A stretch of 64,000 nt of DNA from an uncultured Bacillales bacterium (GTDB lineage Bacteria > Bacillota_I > Bacilli_A > RF39 > UBA660), in assembly GCA_902477075.1 (NCBI GenBank), contig CABSFU010000001.1:15881-79880 (forward strand), read 5' to 3'. Positions 17,143 to 26,110 of the stretch are shown in pieces (the first letter of the stretch is position 1; the number at the start of each line of letters is the position of its first letter). A model generated the notes under the pieces. That model was not told the origin of the DNA and made no database searches. It saw only the letters and a program-made list of their open reading frames with translations. Both the position numbers and the translations under genes were made by a program.

Positions 17143-17358
17143 ATGTTTGAAAGAATTAAAAATCTTCGTGAAGATCATGATTTAACTCAAGAGTACATAG
17201 CTAAATATTTAAAAATCAATCGAGTTGTATATAATCGTTATGAAAACGGATTAAGAGAAATACCTATTAGCTTATTAATAGAACTTGCTGATTTTTACAA
17301 TGTAAGTATCGATTATATAACTAATAGAACTAGTATAAAAGAAATCAATAGAAAATAA
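17143..17358 (+). CDS. XRE-family helix-turn-helix transcriptional regulator
   Basis: MFERIKNLREDHDLTQEYIAKYLKINRVVYNRYENGLREIPISLLIELADFYNVSIDYI. It is divergent from the pilin-like gene. The start is ambiguous (17116, 17125 or 17143). Confidence 0.85.
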   Translation: MFERIKNLREDHDLTQEYIAKYLKINRVVYNRYENGLREIPISLLIELADFYNVSIDYITNRTSIKEINRK

Positions 17359-17400
17359 AAATGCACAATATTTCTAATATTTTGTGCATTTTTATATTTT
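17357..17400 (+). terminator. terminator of the XRE gene
   Basis: The stem ATGCACAA (17361-17368) / TTGTGCAT (17382-17389) is flanked by an A-run and a T-run. A second hairpin, TGCACAA-TTA-TTGTGCA, at 17413-17429 abuts the rlmH stop. Confidence 0.65.
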
Positions 17401-17429
17401 TTGGATCTTTTTTGCACAATTATTGTGCA

Positions 17430-17876
17430 TTATTTGTGATATGTTTCATGATGCATAATTTTAAAAGAACGATAGATTTGCTCTAGTAACATAACCCTAA
17501 ATAATTGATGTGGAAATGTTAATTTTGAAAATGATAAAGCATAATTACTTCTTTTTTTTATATCATCATGTAAACCATAAGATCCGCCTATGATAAAAGT
17601 TATGTTAGAATAATTTAAATAAATAGACTCTATTTTTTTAGATAATTCCATAGAATCTATACTAGAACCATCTATTTCTAATGTTATAACATAATCTTTT
17701 TCATTGATATATTTTAAAATTTTTGTTTTTTCTTTTTCTAAAATATTACCATTTGATTCATCTTCTAATTCTATCATCTCTATTTTAGAATATTTTGTAA
17801 TTCTTTTTTTATATTCTTCCATTGCTTTTTTTAAATAGTCTTCTTTTAATTTTCCAATACAAATAATCTTAATCAT
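17430..17876 (-). CDS. rlmH: 23S rRNA (pseudouridine1915-N3)-methyltransferase RlmH
   Basis: MIKIICIGKLKEDYLKKAMEEYKKRI...IGGSYGL. It has SPOUT-family size and motifs. Confidence 0.92.
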   Translation of the reverse strand: MIKIICIGKLKEDYLKKAMEEYKKRITKYSKIEMIELEDESNGNILEKEKTKILKYINEKDYVITLEIDGSSIDSMELSKKIESIYLNYSNITFIIGGSYGLHDDIKKRSNYALSFSKLTFPHQLFRVMLLEQIYRSFKIMHHETYHK

Positions 17877-18637
17877 ACTTCTATTACATCCGTTCTTTCC
17901 GTTTGACTAGAAATTAATATATTATTAAAAGAAACATTTTTATTATGTAATTCATCTTTTAAAGTCTTTAAAGCTAAAGAAGGATCATTATTATCATGAC
18001 TTAAATGAATTAAAACAACTGTTTTTGTATCATTTCCTATAAACTTAGACAAATAAAAAGATGAGTCTACATTAGATAAATGACCCTTATCTCCCAAAAT
18101 TCTCTGTTTAATTTGATATGGATAGTGTCCATTCATTAACATTTTTACATCATGATTACTTTCCATAATATATAAATTTTTATTTTGAAGTAGAGAATGA
18201 TTCTTTTGGTTAATATATCCTGTATCAGTAATATAAACAATACTTCTATGATTACTTTCAATAATATATCCATTAGAGTCGCTAGCATCGTGAGAAGTTT
18301 TAAAAACAGTCAAATGAATATCTTTAATATCAAATTCATTTTCAATAATTTGATACTTAAAATCAGGAATAATGGGTATTAAATCATGTAACATTTTTTG
18401 AGTTAAATAAATAGTAGGATGATACTTTTTTATAAATACTCTAAGTCCATTTATGTGGTCTATATGGGTATGTGTCAAAATGATACCCTCTATTAATTTT
18501 GGATCTACATTCATACTTTTTAATTGTTTTTCCACATATAAACTAGTTGTACCTAAATCTACTAAAATATTGGCATTAGCAGAGGCAATATAGGTACTAT
18601 TGCCTTTACTTCCCGTCGCTAATACACAAGCTATCAT
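17873..18637 (-). CDS. yycJ: MBL-fold metallo-hydrolase, YycJ/WalJ-like
   Basis: MIACVLATGSKGNSTYI and THTHIDH (HxHxDH). It lies immediately upstream of rlmH, as in Bacillus. The likely start at 18637 overlaps the upstream stop. Confidence 0.85.
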   Translation of the reverse strand: MIACVLATGSKGNSTYIASANANILVDLGTTSLYVEKQLKSMNVDPKLIEGIILTHTHIDHINGLRVFIKKYHPTIYLTQKMLHDLIPIIPDFKYQIIENEFDIKDIHLTVFKTSHDASDSNGYIIESNHRSIVYITDTGYINQKNHSLLQNKNLYIMESNHDVKMLMNGHYPYQIKQRILGDKGHLSNVDSSFYLSKFIGNDTKTVVLIHLSHDNNDPSLALKTLKDELHNKNVSFNNILISSQTERTDVIEV

Positions 18638-20100
18638 GAATACATTCTCCAAGGATTGATACGGGTACCACCCATCCATGGTTTTCCATTTATCCATACC
18701 TCAAAATGAACATGTGTACCAGTTGCCCATCCGGAATGTCCCATAAATCCTATAACATCACCACGTTCTACTACTTGACCTACTTTTACATTTTGTTTTG
18801 ACATATGAGCATAACAAGTATAATAACCATTGTTGTGGTTTATGCAAACATAATTACCATCTTGTGTTCTAGAAGAAACTTCTGAAACTACACCATTTGT
18901 TACGGCATAAATATTAGAGCCATATCCGGTTCCCGCAATATCCAAAGCTTGGTGAATTTCACGATAACCAGATACTGGATTAATACGATAAGTCCAACCT
19001 GATGTGATAGTCCATCCACTGTTGGTTGGCCATAACCAGTTTTTTGTATCTCCTACACCACTTACTTCTTTTTCACCTTTTAATATGATTTCATCGATTG
19101 CTGGTTGTAATTCTTCTTTTGAAATAGCTTCAATAGCTTCTGTTACACCATTTACCACTTTTACTCTCTGACTAACCCTCTCTAATCCATTTGTACCAGA
19201 TTGTAGTTTTTGTTCATAATATTGATTCTTTGTAGAATCATATTGATATTCTGTTTGATATTTAATTTCCTTATCTTCTACAACATACTCTTCTACTGCA
19301 ACTGATATTTGTGGATTCATAATTCCAATTGTTACTATTTGACCTGGAAATAATAAGTTCTTACTATTTGTAAAATTGGGATTGGATATTAAAAATTCTT
19401 CTACACTGATTTCATTATTAAATGCTACCTCTTCAATCGTATCTCCTATTTTTACTTTATATGTTTTTTGGGCTTCTGTTGTACCAAACAATAAATATTT
19501 AGACAATTCTGCTTCTGACAAATAAATATCTTCATCTACTGCTATATTTGTTTTTTTAACAGTAATATTTTCTTCTACATAAATATCTTCAATAATACTT
19601 CCTGTTGTTGTAATAGCTTGTTGAGTCTTTTCTTGATAAGCCTCATAATTCTCTTGTCCAACTAATGTTTCAATAATGTTGTTAATTGCATTTTTAAATG
19701 TTTCTTCTTTTAAAGTATAAATAGTAATTGTTTTATCATCTGATTTAATATTAAATTCATATCCACTAATAGTAAATGGTTCTCTTTCTAATATTTTTTG
19801 ATATACTTCTTCAATAGAATCAATATCTTTTGAATAAGTAGATACTTTTTTTACTTCCAAACCATTTGGAGAATATACTTTATCTACTCCATATTCTTCT
19901 TTGTATTTTGTATTTTGAGTATCTATATAGTTTTCTAGTTTTTCTTTTGATTCGATGGTACCAATTACTTCATCATTTAAATATACTTTATAAAGAATAA
20001 TAGCCTTTATTCCACTGGTATAATGAAAACCAAATAAACCAATTATAATAACACTAAAAATTAGTATTACAATAGATTTCCAATTTTTCAAATTAATCAC
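18634..20100 (-). CDS. membrane-anchored M23 (LytM) peptidoglycan endopeptidase with LysM-like and G5-like segments
   Basis: The C-terminus reads HQALDIAG...GNYVCINHNNGYYTCYAHMS...GHSGWATGTHVHFEV. There is an N-terminal TM helix. It overlaps dnaB by 8 nt. Confidence 0.88.
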   Translation of the reverse strand: MINLKNWKSIVILIFSVIIIGLFGFHYTSGIKAIILYKVYLNDEVIGTIESKEKLENYIDTQNTKYKEEYGVDKVYSPNGLEVKKVSTYSKDIDSIEEVYQKILEREPFTISGYEFNIKSDDKTITIYTLKEETFKNAINNIIETLVGQENYEAYQEKTQQAITTTGSIIEDIYVEENITVKKTNIAVDEDIYLSEAELSKYLLFGTTEAQKTYKVKIGDTIEEVAFNNEISVEEFLISNPNFTNSKNLLFPGQIVTIGIMNPQISVAVEEYVVEDKEIKYQTEYQYDSTKNQYYEQKLQSGTNGLERVSQRVKVVNGVTEAIEAISKEELQPAIDEIILKGEKEVSGVGDTKNWLWPTNSGWTITSGWTYRINPVSGYREIHQALDIAGTGYGSNIYAVTNGVVSEVSSRTQDGNYVCINHNNGYYTCYAHMSKQNVKVGQVVERGDVIGFMGHSGWATGTHVHFEVWINGKPWMGGTRINPWRMYS

Positions 20101-21439
20101 CTACATTTTCTTCATTTTGATAATCTAAGAAAGTACTTGTATTTAATTTAAATATTAAGTTAATATCTTTTGTAATACCATTACGATGTTTTGCTATTAT
20201 AAAAGTACTCTTACTTGTTTGTTCATCAATTGACATTTGTTTTGTATAATAATCTTCTCTATATAGGAATCCAACAATATCAGCATCTTGTTCTATTGAA
20301 CCCGATTCCCTTAAATCACTTAAAATCGGACGTTTATCATCTCTTTGCTCTACACTACGTGAAAGTTGCGCTAGAGCAATAACAGGCACATTTAATTCCA
20401 TGGCCATTGTTTTTAAGGAACGAGAAATTTCTGCTATTTCTTGTTGTCTATTGGTTCCTTTTGTAGAACCTGTAATTAACTGTAAGTAATCGATAATGAT
20501 AATTCCTAATCCCTTTTCACTGCTTGCTAATCTTCTACATTTCGCTCTAATTTCTCCAATTGTCATTCCAGGAGTATCATCCATAAAAATATTTGTGTCT
20601 GCTAAACGACTGATTGCTTCATTTACTCGTTTCCAATCTTGATGTTCTAAGTTACCACTTCTTAATCTATTATTGTCGATTTGACCTACGCTAGATAACA
20701 TACGGGTAGCTAGTTGTTCTGCACCCATTTCCATGTTAAATAATGCTACCGTTGCACCATTTAAAGTAGCTGCATTCACTGCTAAGTTTAAAGCAAAAGC
20801 TGTTTTTCCCATACCAGGACGGGCTGCTATAATAATTAGTTCATTGGCATGTAATCCTGATGTAATTCGATCTAATTCATTAAAACCTGTTCTTAATCCA
20901 GTAATTTCTCCTCTATTTTTAGAGAGTTCTTCTAAGTTTGCTTGTGTTTTAAATAATACATCTTGGATTGTTCTAAATTCTGAACCTTTTCTTGTTTTAA
21001 CAACATTTAAAATCGTACTTTCTGCTTTATCTAAAATATCGCTAACAGAATCAGTAGATTCATAACAAGAAGTTTCTATTTTTATATTAGCGTCAATTAA
21101 TCTCCTTAAAATAGCTTTTTCTTCCACAATTTTAATATATTCATCTATATTGGTTGCTAGGGGAACGATATCTGCTATTTTTAACAAATAATCCATTCCA
21201 CCTATTTGTTTTAATTCTTTTCTAGTTTCTAGTTCATTTGCTATTGTTGTAATATCTATTGGTGTTCCCTTTTCTGATAAACTTTTGATGGCATTAAAAA
21301 TTTTACCATGGGCATCTAAATAAAATTGATCTCCTGTTAAAGTTTCAATAGCTCTTTCTTGTGCATACTTTGTTAGAAACATAGCACCTATTACGGATTG
21401 TTCTGCTTCGATATTATGTGGTATGATTTTTTCTGCCAT
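20093..21439 (-). CDS. dnaB: replicative DNA helicase
   Basis: IPHNIEAEQSVIGAMF, Walker A ARPGMGKTAF, IIIDYLQLI, and SRSVEQRDDKRP. Confidence 0.97.
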   Translation of the reverse strand: MAEKIIPHNIEAEQSVIGAMFLTKYAQERAIETLTGDQFYLDAHGKIFNAIKSLSEKGTPIDITTIANELETRKELKQIGGMDYLLKIADIVPLATNIDEYIKIVEEKAILRRLIDANIKIETSCYESTDSVSDILDKAESTILNVVKTRKGSEFRTIQDVLFKTQANLEELSKNRGEITGLRTGFNELDRITSGLHANELIIIAARPGMGKTAFALNLAVNAATLNGATVALFNMEMGAEQLATRMLSSVGQIDNNRLRSGNLEHQDWKRVNEAISRLADTNIFMDDTPGMTIGEIRAKCRRLASSEKGLGIIIIDYLQLITGSTKGTNRQQEIAEISRSLKTMAMELNVPVIALAQLSRSVEQRDDKRPILSDLRESGSIEQDADIVGFLYREDYYTKQMSIDEQTSKSTFIIAKHRNGITKDINLIFKLNTSTFLDYQNEENVGD

Positions 21440-21447
21440 TTTTTCAC

Positions 21448-21888
21448 CTACTTTGTTACTTTAATTTTAATTGTTGCTATTACATTTTTATGTAATTCTA
21501 TATTAACATTGTGGACACCCAAACTGGTAATTTGGTGGTCAACACTTATTTTTGTTTTATCTATTTTATATCCTTTTTCATTTAATAATTCTTTGATTTG
21601 TTTAACAGAAACTGTACCAAACATCATGTCTTGTTTTCCTGTTTTTACTTTTATTTCAAAGTTTTCTTTTTCTAATTTTTTCTTTACATCTTCCATTTCT
21701 CTGACTAGTAAATTTTCCTCTAGTTGTTCTATATTTTTTTGATTATTGAATTTTACCATATTACTGTCAGATGCTTTAATAGCATAACCATTTTTTATTA
21801 GAAAATTTTGGGCATAACCATCTTTTACTTCCTTGATTTCATCTTTTTTTCCTTGACCTTTTACATCTTTTATAAATATTACTTTCAT
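21448..21888 (-). CDS. rplI: 50S ribosomal protein L9
   Basis: [36 protein letters not shown] lies 5 nt before the ATG at 21888. Confidence 0.95.
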   Translation of the reverse strand: MKVIFIKDVKGQGKKDEIKEVKDGYAQNFLIKNGYAIKASDSNMVKFNNQKNIEQLEENLLVREMEDVKKKLEKENFEIKVKTGKQDMMFGTVSVKQIKELLNEKGYKIDKTKISVDHQITSLGVHNVNIELHKNVIATIKIKVTK

Positions 21889-21955
21889 GTTTATCACCTG
21901 TATTTATTATTATACTATATTTTTTTTATCTTGTCTTTTGATTTGAAGTATTTTA

Positions 21956-22861
21956 TTAACCATTTATTTTATCGGCTAAATCACTTATTTTTTTAAATCT
22001 ATGATGTAACCCAGATTTTGTTATTTTGTTTCCTGTCTCAATACTGATAATTTCACTTAATTCTAATAAGGAAGATTCTTTGTATTTTAATCGATATGTA
22101 GCCGCAACTTTTGTTTTTTCGTCTAATAAATCTAATCCTCCCATTTGCATAATCTTTTCTATATCTTTTATTTGTTTATTGGCAGTACTAATAGATTTGT
22201 CTACATTAGCTTGTTCACAATTATTAAGTCTGTTTGTCATGTTTTTGTGATCTCTATAAATTCTAATATCTTCATAGTAAAATAGGGCTTGTTTTGCGTG
22301 AATTAGTTTTAAGAAATCGCCTATTTTATCAGCTTCTTTTATATATATCATATATTTGTTTTCTCTTTTAATAACTTTACTATTGAGTTCAAATTGATTT
22401 AATAATTTTGAAACAAATTCTGCATACTCAAAATCATTAACTAAAAATTCTAAATGATACCTAGATTTTTTAGGGTCATTAATAGATCCTACTGCTAGAA
22501 ATAATCCTCTTAAATATGCTTTTGTTAATTCTTGATCATCTAAAATATAATTTTTAGGAATATTTGTAGTTAAAGATAGATCATTCAAAATGATATCCAT
22601 TTTATTACTAATTTCTAGAATATAAATATAGTTTTTATTAAAATTAAAGCCACGTCTAACAGTGATACCTGGTGTAACATGATACAAATTCTGAATTAAA
22701 TTATAAATTCTTCTTGTTACACTTACATTTTCACTTGTTATTTTAATAGTATGATCGATGATTCCAATATTTCTAATGATTGCAGATAGCTCTGAAATTC
22801 TTTCTGTTTCTATTGTATCTAATTTACTTACTTCATTTTTTACAGTACTTGTAAATGACAT
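21956..22861 (-). CDS. whiA: DNA-binding protein WhiA
   Basis: MSFTSTVKNEVSKL, LAGLIDADG-like repeats, and a C-terminal HTH (SGLHHRFKKI). Confidence 0.93.
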   Translation of the reverse strand: MSFTSTVKNEVSKLDTIETERISELSAIIRNIGIIDHTIKITSENVSVTRRIYNLIQNLYHVTPGITVRRGFNFNKNYIYILEISNKMDIILNDLSLTTNIPKNYILDDQELTKAYLRGLFLAVGSINDPKKSRYHLEFLVNDFEYAEFVSKLLNQFELNSKVIKRENKYMIYIKEADKIGDFLKLIHAKQALFYYEDIRIYRDHKNMTNRLNNCEQANVDKSISTANKQIKDIEKIMQMGGLDLLDEKTKVAATYRLKYKESSLLELSEIISIETGNKITKSGLHHRFKKISDLADKING

Positions 22862-22869
22862 ATTTCCTC

Positions 22870-23808
22870 CTACTTAATTAGATATCCATAAATATCAAGG
22901 GATAATTGATCCACTTTATGTCTAATTACATTGTCTTCTATTGTAACATAATTTCCTGTTATTAGTTTCACATTTTTAATATTTTTTCGATCTAGAATTA
23001 CTTGTTCTTTTTGCTCTAACGTTTCATATTTTTTTAGGATATTTTTTGATATAATTCCTTTATTGGCTACTACAACACCAATTTTTTTATTTCCTAAATA
23101 TTCATTAATAATCTGAATATGATCTGTAACCTTAAAGTGGTCTGTTTCACCAGGTTGTGTCATCATATTACAAATATACATAATTTTTGCTTTACTTTCA
23201 TCTATAGCTGACACTACCTCTGGTATTAATAAATTTGGGATAATGCTGGTATATAAGCTACCCATACTTAAAATTATTAAATCTGCTTTTTTGATTTCTT
23301 TTATTACTTCTGGATTTACAGAAGGCTTTTTTTCATAATAAACTTTTTGAATTTCTTTCATTGATTCTGTAATGTGATGTTCTCCTTTAATAAAACTGCC
23401 ATCCTTCATATCCGCTATTAAAGTTGGTGAATCCTCTGTAAGTGGTAGAACTTTTCCTTTTAATTTTAATACCTTTTCAATTGTTTTAATACCATCACTC
23501 ATATTGCCACTGATATTAATCAGCGCTGTTAAAAGTAAATTTCCAATCGTATGACCATCTAAATCGCTTGTAGTTTGAAAACGATAGTTCAATAGTTTTT
23601 CAAATAATGGTTCTGTCTCTGATAAAGATACAATTACTTTCCTAATATCACCAACTGCTGGAATATTAAATTCTTCGCGTAATCTTCCTGTACTATTGCC
23701 ATCATCGCATACAGAAACTACAGCAGTAATATCTAAAGGAAATAATTTTAACCCTTTTAATAAGGTCGACATTCCTGTGCCACCACCTAAAACTACTACT
23801 TTTTTCAT
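22870..23808 (-). CDS. yvcK: YvcK-family gluconeogenesis/cell-shape factor (CofD-like)
   Basis: MKKVVVLGGGTGMSTLLKGLK...GDIRKV...GSLYTSIIPNLL. Confidence 0.93.
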   Translation of the reverse strand: MKKVVVLGGGTGMSTLLKGLKLFPLDITAVVSVCDDGNSTGRLREEFNIPAVGDIRKVIVSLSETEPLFEKLLNYRFQTTSDLDGHTIGNLLLTALINISGNMSDGIKTIEKVLKLKGKVLPLTEDSPTLIADMKDGSFIKGEHHITESMKEIQKVYYEKKPSVNPEVIKEIKKADLIILSMGSLYTSIIPNLLIPEVVSAIDESKAKIMYICNMMTQPGETDHFKVTDHIQIINEYLGNKKIGVVVANKGIISKNILKKYETLEQKEQVILDRKNIKNVKLITGNYVTIEDNVIRHKVDQLSLDIYGYLIK

Positions 23809-23915
23809 ATCATCACCTACTACATTATACTATATTTTTTTTAAAATAACATCTATTAATTAGCCCATACCATTTATAAGATTTTCCATAAAATAGTAGT
23901 GTTAGGAGGTATTGG

Positions 23916-24713
23916 ATGGAATTTTTAAATTCTCTTAATCCTGTGATTCAGGCGTTTATTGCTACTTTGTTTACTTGGGGTATTACAGCACTGGGTGCTA
24001 CTGTTGTATTTGCATTTAAAAAGGTAAATAAAACAGTCATGGATTCTATGCTAGGGTTTGCTGCTGGGGTAATGATTGCTTCTTCTTTTTGGTCAATGCT
24101 TTCACCTAGTATTGAAATGGCTGGAAAATTAAATATGTGTAGCTGGTTTATCGCTTTTATCGGTTTTTTTAGTGGAGGATTACTACTTTTTATTGGTGAT
24201 AAATTATTTACTCATTTTGATAATCATTTAAAAAAAGAAAATACTGATCGAAAAAAAAGATGTTGGATGTTAATTTTTTCTATTACATTACATAATATTC
24301 CGGAGGGATTAGCTGTTGGAGTTTCTTTTGGATCTCTTGCTTATGGTTTAGAAGGGGCTACACTTGCTAGTGCATGTATTTTAGCTCTTGGAATTGGATT
24401 ACAAAATTTTCCAGAAGGAACAGCTGTCAGTGTTCCACTTCGAAGAGAAGGAATGAGTCGTAAAAAAGCATTCTTTTATGGACAATTAAGTGGAATTGTA
24501 GAACCTATTGCTGGAGTAATTGGCGCTATTTTAGCTATTAAAATAAGATTTTTATTACCATTTTTACTTGCTTTCGCAGCTGGTGCTATGATATATGTTG
24601 TTGTCCAAGAATTGATTCCAGAAAGTCAAACTAACAAGAAAAAAGAAGTGATGGCTTTATTCACTTTAATTGGTTTTTCAGTTATGATGATTTTAGATGT
24701 TGCTTTAGGATAA
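23916..24713 (+). CDS. ZIP-family divalent metal transporter
   Basis: HNIPEGLAVG and QNFPEGTAVS motifs, with 8 TM helices. Confidence 0.9.
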   Translation: MEFLNSLNPVIQAFIATLFTWGITALGATVVFAFKKVNKTVMDSMLGFAAGVMIASSFWSMLSPSIEMAGKLNMCSWFIAFIGFFSGGLLLFIGDKLFTHFDNHLKKENTDRKKRCWMLIFSITLHNIPEGLAVGVSFGSLAYGLEGATLASACILALGIGLQNFPEGTAVSVPLRREGMSRKKAFFYGQLSGIVEPIAGVIGAILAIKIRFLLPFLLAFAAGAMIYVVVQELIPESQTNKKKEVMALFTLIGFSVMMILDVALG

Positions 24714-24726
24714 AAAAAGCTAGTGC

Positions 24727-25326
24727 TTAATTTATGGTTACAGTATAGCTATAATTTCCATTACTGTAATTGATTATAACACTAGCATTATTAATTAATG
24801 TACCATCCTCTATATTTTTTAAATTATTACCGGCCTTTAGATTCGTGTGTGCCAAAGGTAATAAATCAGATAATGTTACAATTGTTTTAGAAGTAACATT
24901 ATTTTTTTGCGCATATAATGAAGCTAAATATTCTAAATGTTTTTCATTTGTCTCATACAAAGTATAGGTATATTTATAATTTTCATTATTATTTTCATCT
25001 GCCTCTATTACATCGCAGTGAATTAAAACAAATAAATTACTATTATAAGTATGGCCTTCTGTATCTTGATAAAGTGGTTCATCTATGTAACCATTACTTT
25101 GCAAGTCTTTTAAAAATACATAAGAATCATTATTACAAGATAATTCTCTAATATGATCTGCTGACCATTCTTTAGCACTATCAATGATACTTGTTGTTTG
25201 TGTTATTTTGATTTTACTTTTGGAATCATCCATATTTTCATATACGTTTGGAACTACTATAATTGCTACAACCGACAAAATAATTAGAGTTGCAATTAAT
25301 TCTACTAATGTAAAACCCTTTTTCAT
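24727..25326 (-). CDS. prepilin-type N-terminal cleavage/methylation protein (pseudopilin-like)
   Basis: MKKG/FTLVELIATLIILSV with Glu at +5, and a globular domain of about 170 aa. Confidence 0.8.
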   Translation of the reverse strand: MKKGFTLVELIATLIILSVVAIIVVPNVYENMDDSKSKIKITQTTSIIDSAKEWSADHIRELSCNNDSYVFLKDLQSNGYIDEPLYQDTEGHTYNSNLFVLIHCDVIEADENNNENYKYTYTLYETNEKHLEYLASLYAQKNNVTSKTIVTLSDLLPLAHTNLKAGNNLKNIEDGTLINNASVIINYSNGNYSYTVTIN

Positions 25327-25393
25327 ATTCCACATCCCATTCTTTTATTATTATATAATAAAAATTTTTTGAAAGCAAATAAAAAGAAGCGAT

Positions 25394-26110
25394 TTATTTT
25401 AACACTTCATTTGGATTAATACAAAATAATAATTCTGAATATTCTTTTCCATATTTTTTGTTAATAATTTGATATGCTTCTTTTAATACAGTGTAATTTC
25501 TTTTTTCATTAGAATGATTGTCACTAGCAACAATATCTATTAGTTTGTTTTTTAACAGTTTTTTACTGAATTTATATATTTTATAAGGTGTTTTTTTTCT
25601 TACCATGCTACTAGCATCTAACTGTAACAAAACACCTATTTCTTTTAATTTACTGAAAAAATAAATGTCTTGATAATGAACATATAATTCAGGATGCGCT
25701 AGAATTGGTTTATAACCAATATCTATAATGTCTTCTAGTAAAGAAATGGCTTTTTCTTGTTCCATGTTTTCACTACGTTTAAATTCAACTAATACATATT
25801 TTTTACCATCTAAAGGGCGTAGTCTTCTTTTGGATAATAAATTGGCCGTTTCAGATGTCATTAATATTTCAGTTCCTAAAAAAAGTTCAATATTTTTTTC
25901 TTTGGCTATTTGTCTTACTTTCAAAAAATTTTCTTTTATTTTATAGATATGTTCTATATTTCCATGGCAAATATGTGGTGTGCATATCACTTTTTTTATT
26001 CCTAGTTTTTCTAGTTGCTCTAGTGTTTGAATGCTGTCTTCGAGTGTTTTTGCGCCATCATCTACACCAAATATTAAGTGGGAATGAATATCTACTACAT
26101 TATTTATCAT
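25394..26110 (-). CDS. cpsB: PHP-family protein-tyrosine phosphatase (CpsB/YwqE type)
   Basis: VDIHSHLIFGVDDGA, TPHI, and SDNH motifs. The likely start at 26110 overlaps the kinase stop; the ORF-track start is 26143. Confidence 0.88.
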   Translation of the reverse strand: MINNVVDIHSHLIFGVDDGAKTLEDSIQTLEQLEKLGIKKVICTPHICHGNIEHIYKIKENFLKVRQIAKEKNIELFLGTEILMTSETANLLSKRRLRPLDGKKYVLVEFKRSENMEQEKAISLLEDIIDIGYKPILAHPELYVHYQDIYFFSKLKEIGVLLQLDASSMVRKKTPYKIYKFSKKLLKNKLIDIVASDNHSNEKRNYTVLKEAYQIINKKYGKEYSELLFCINPNEVLK

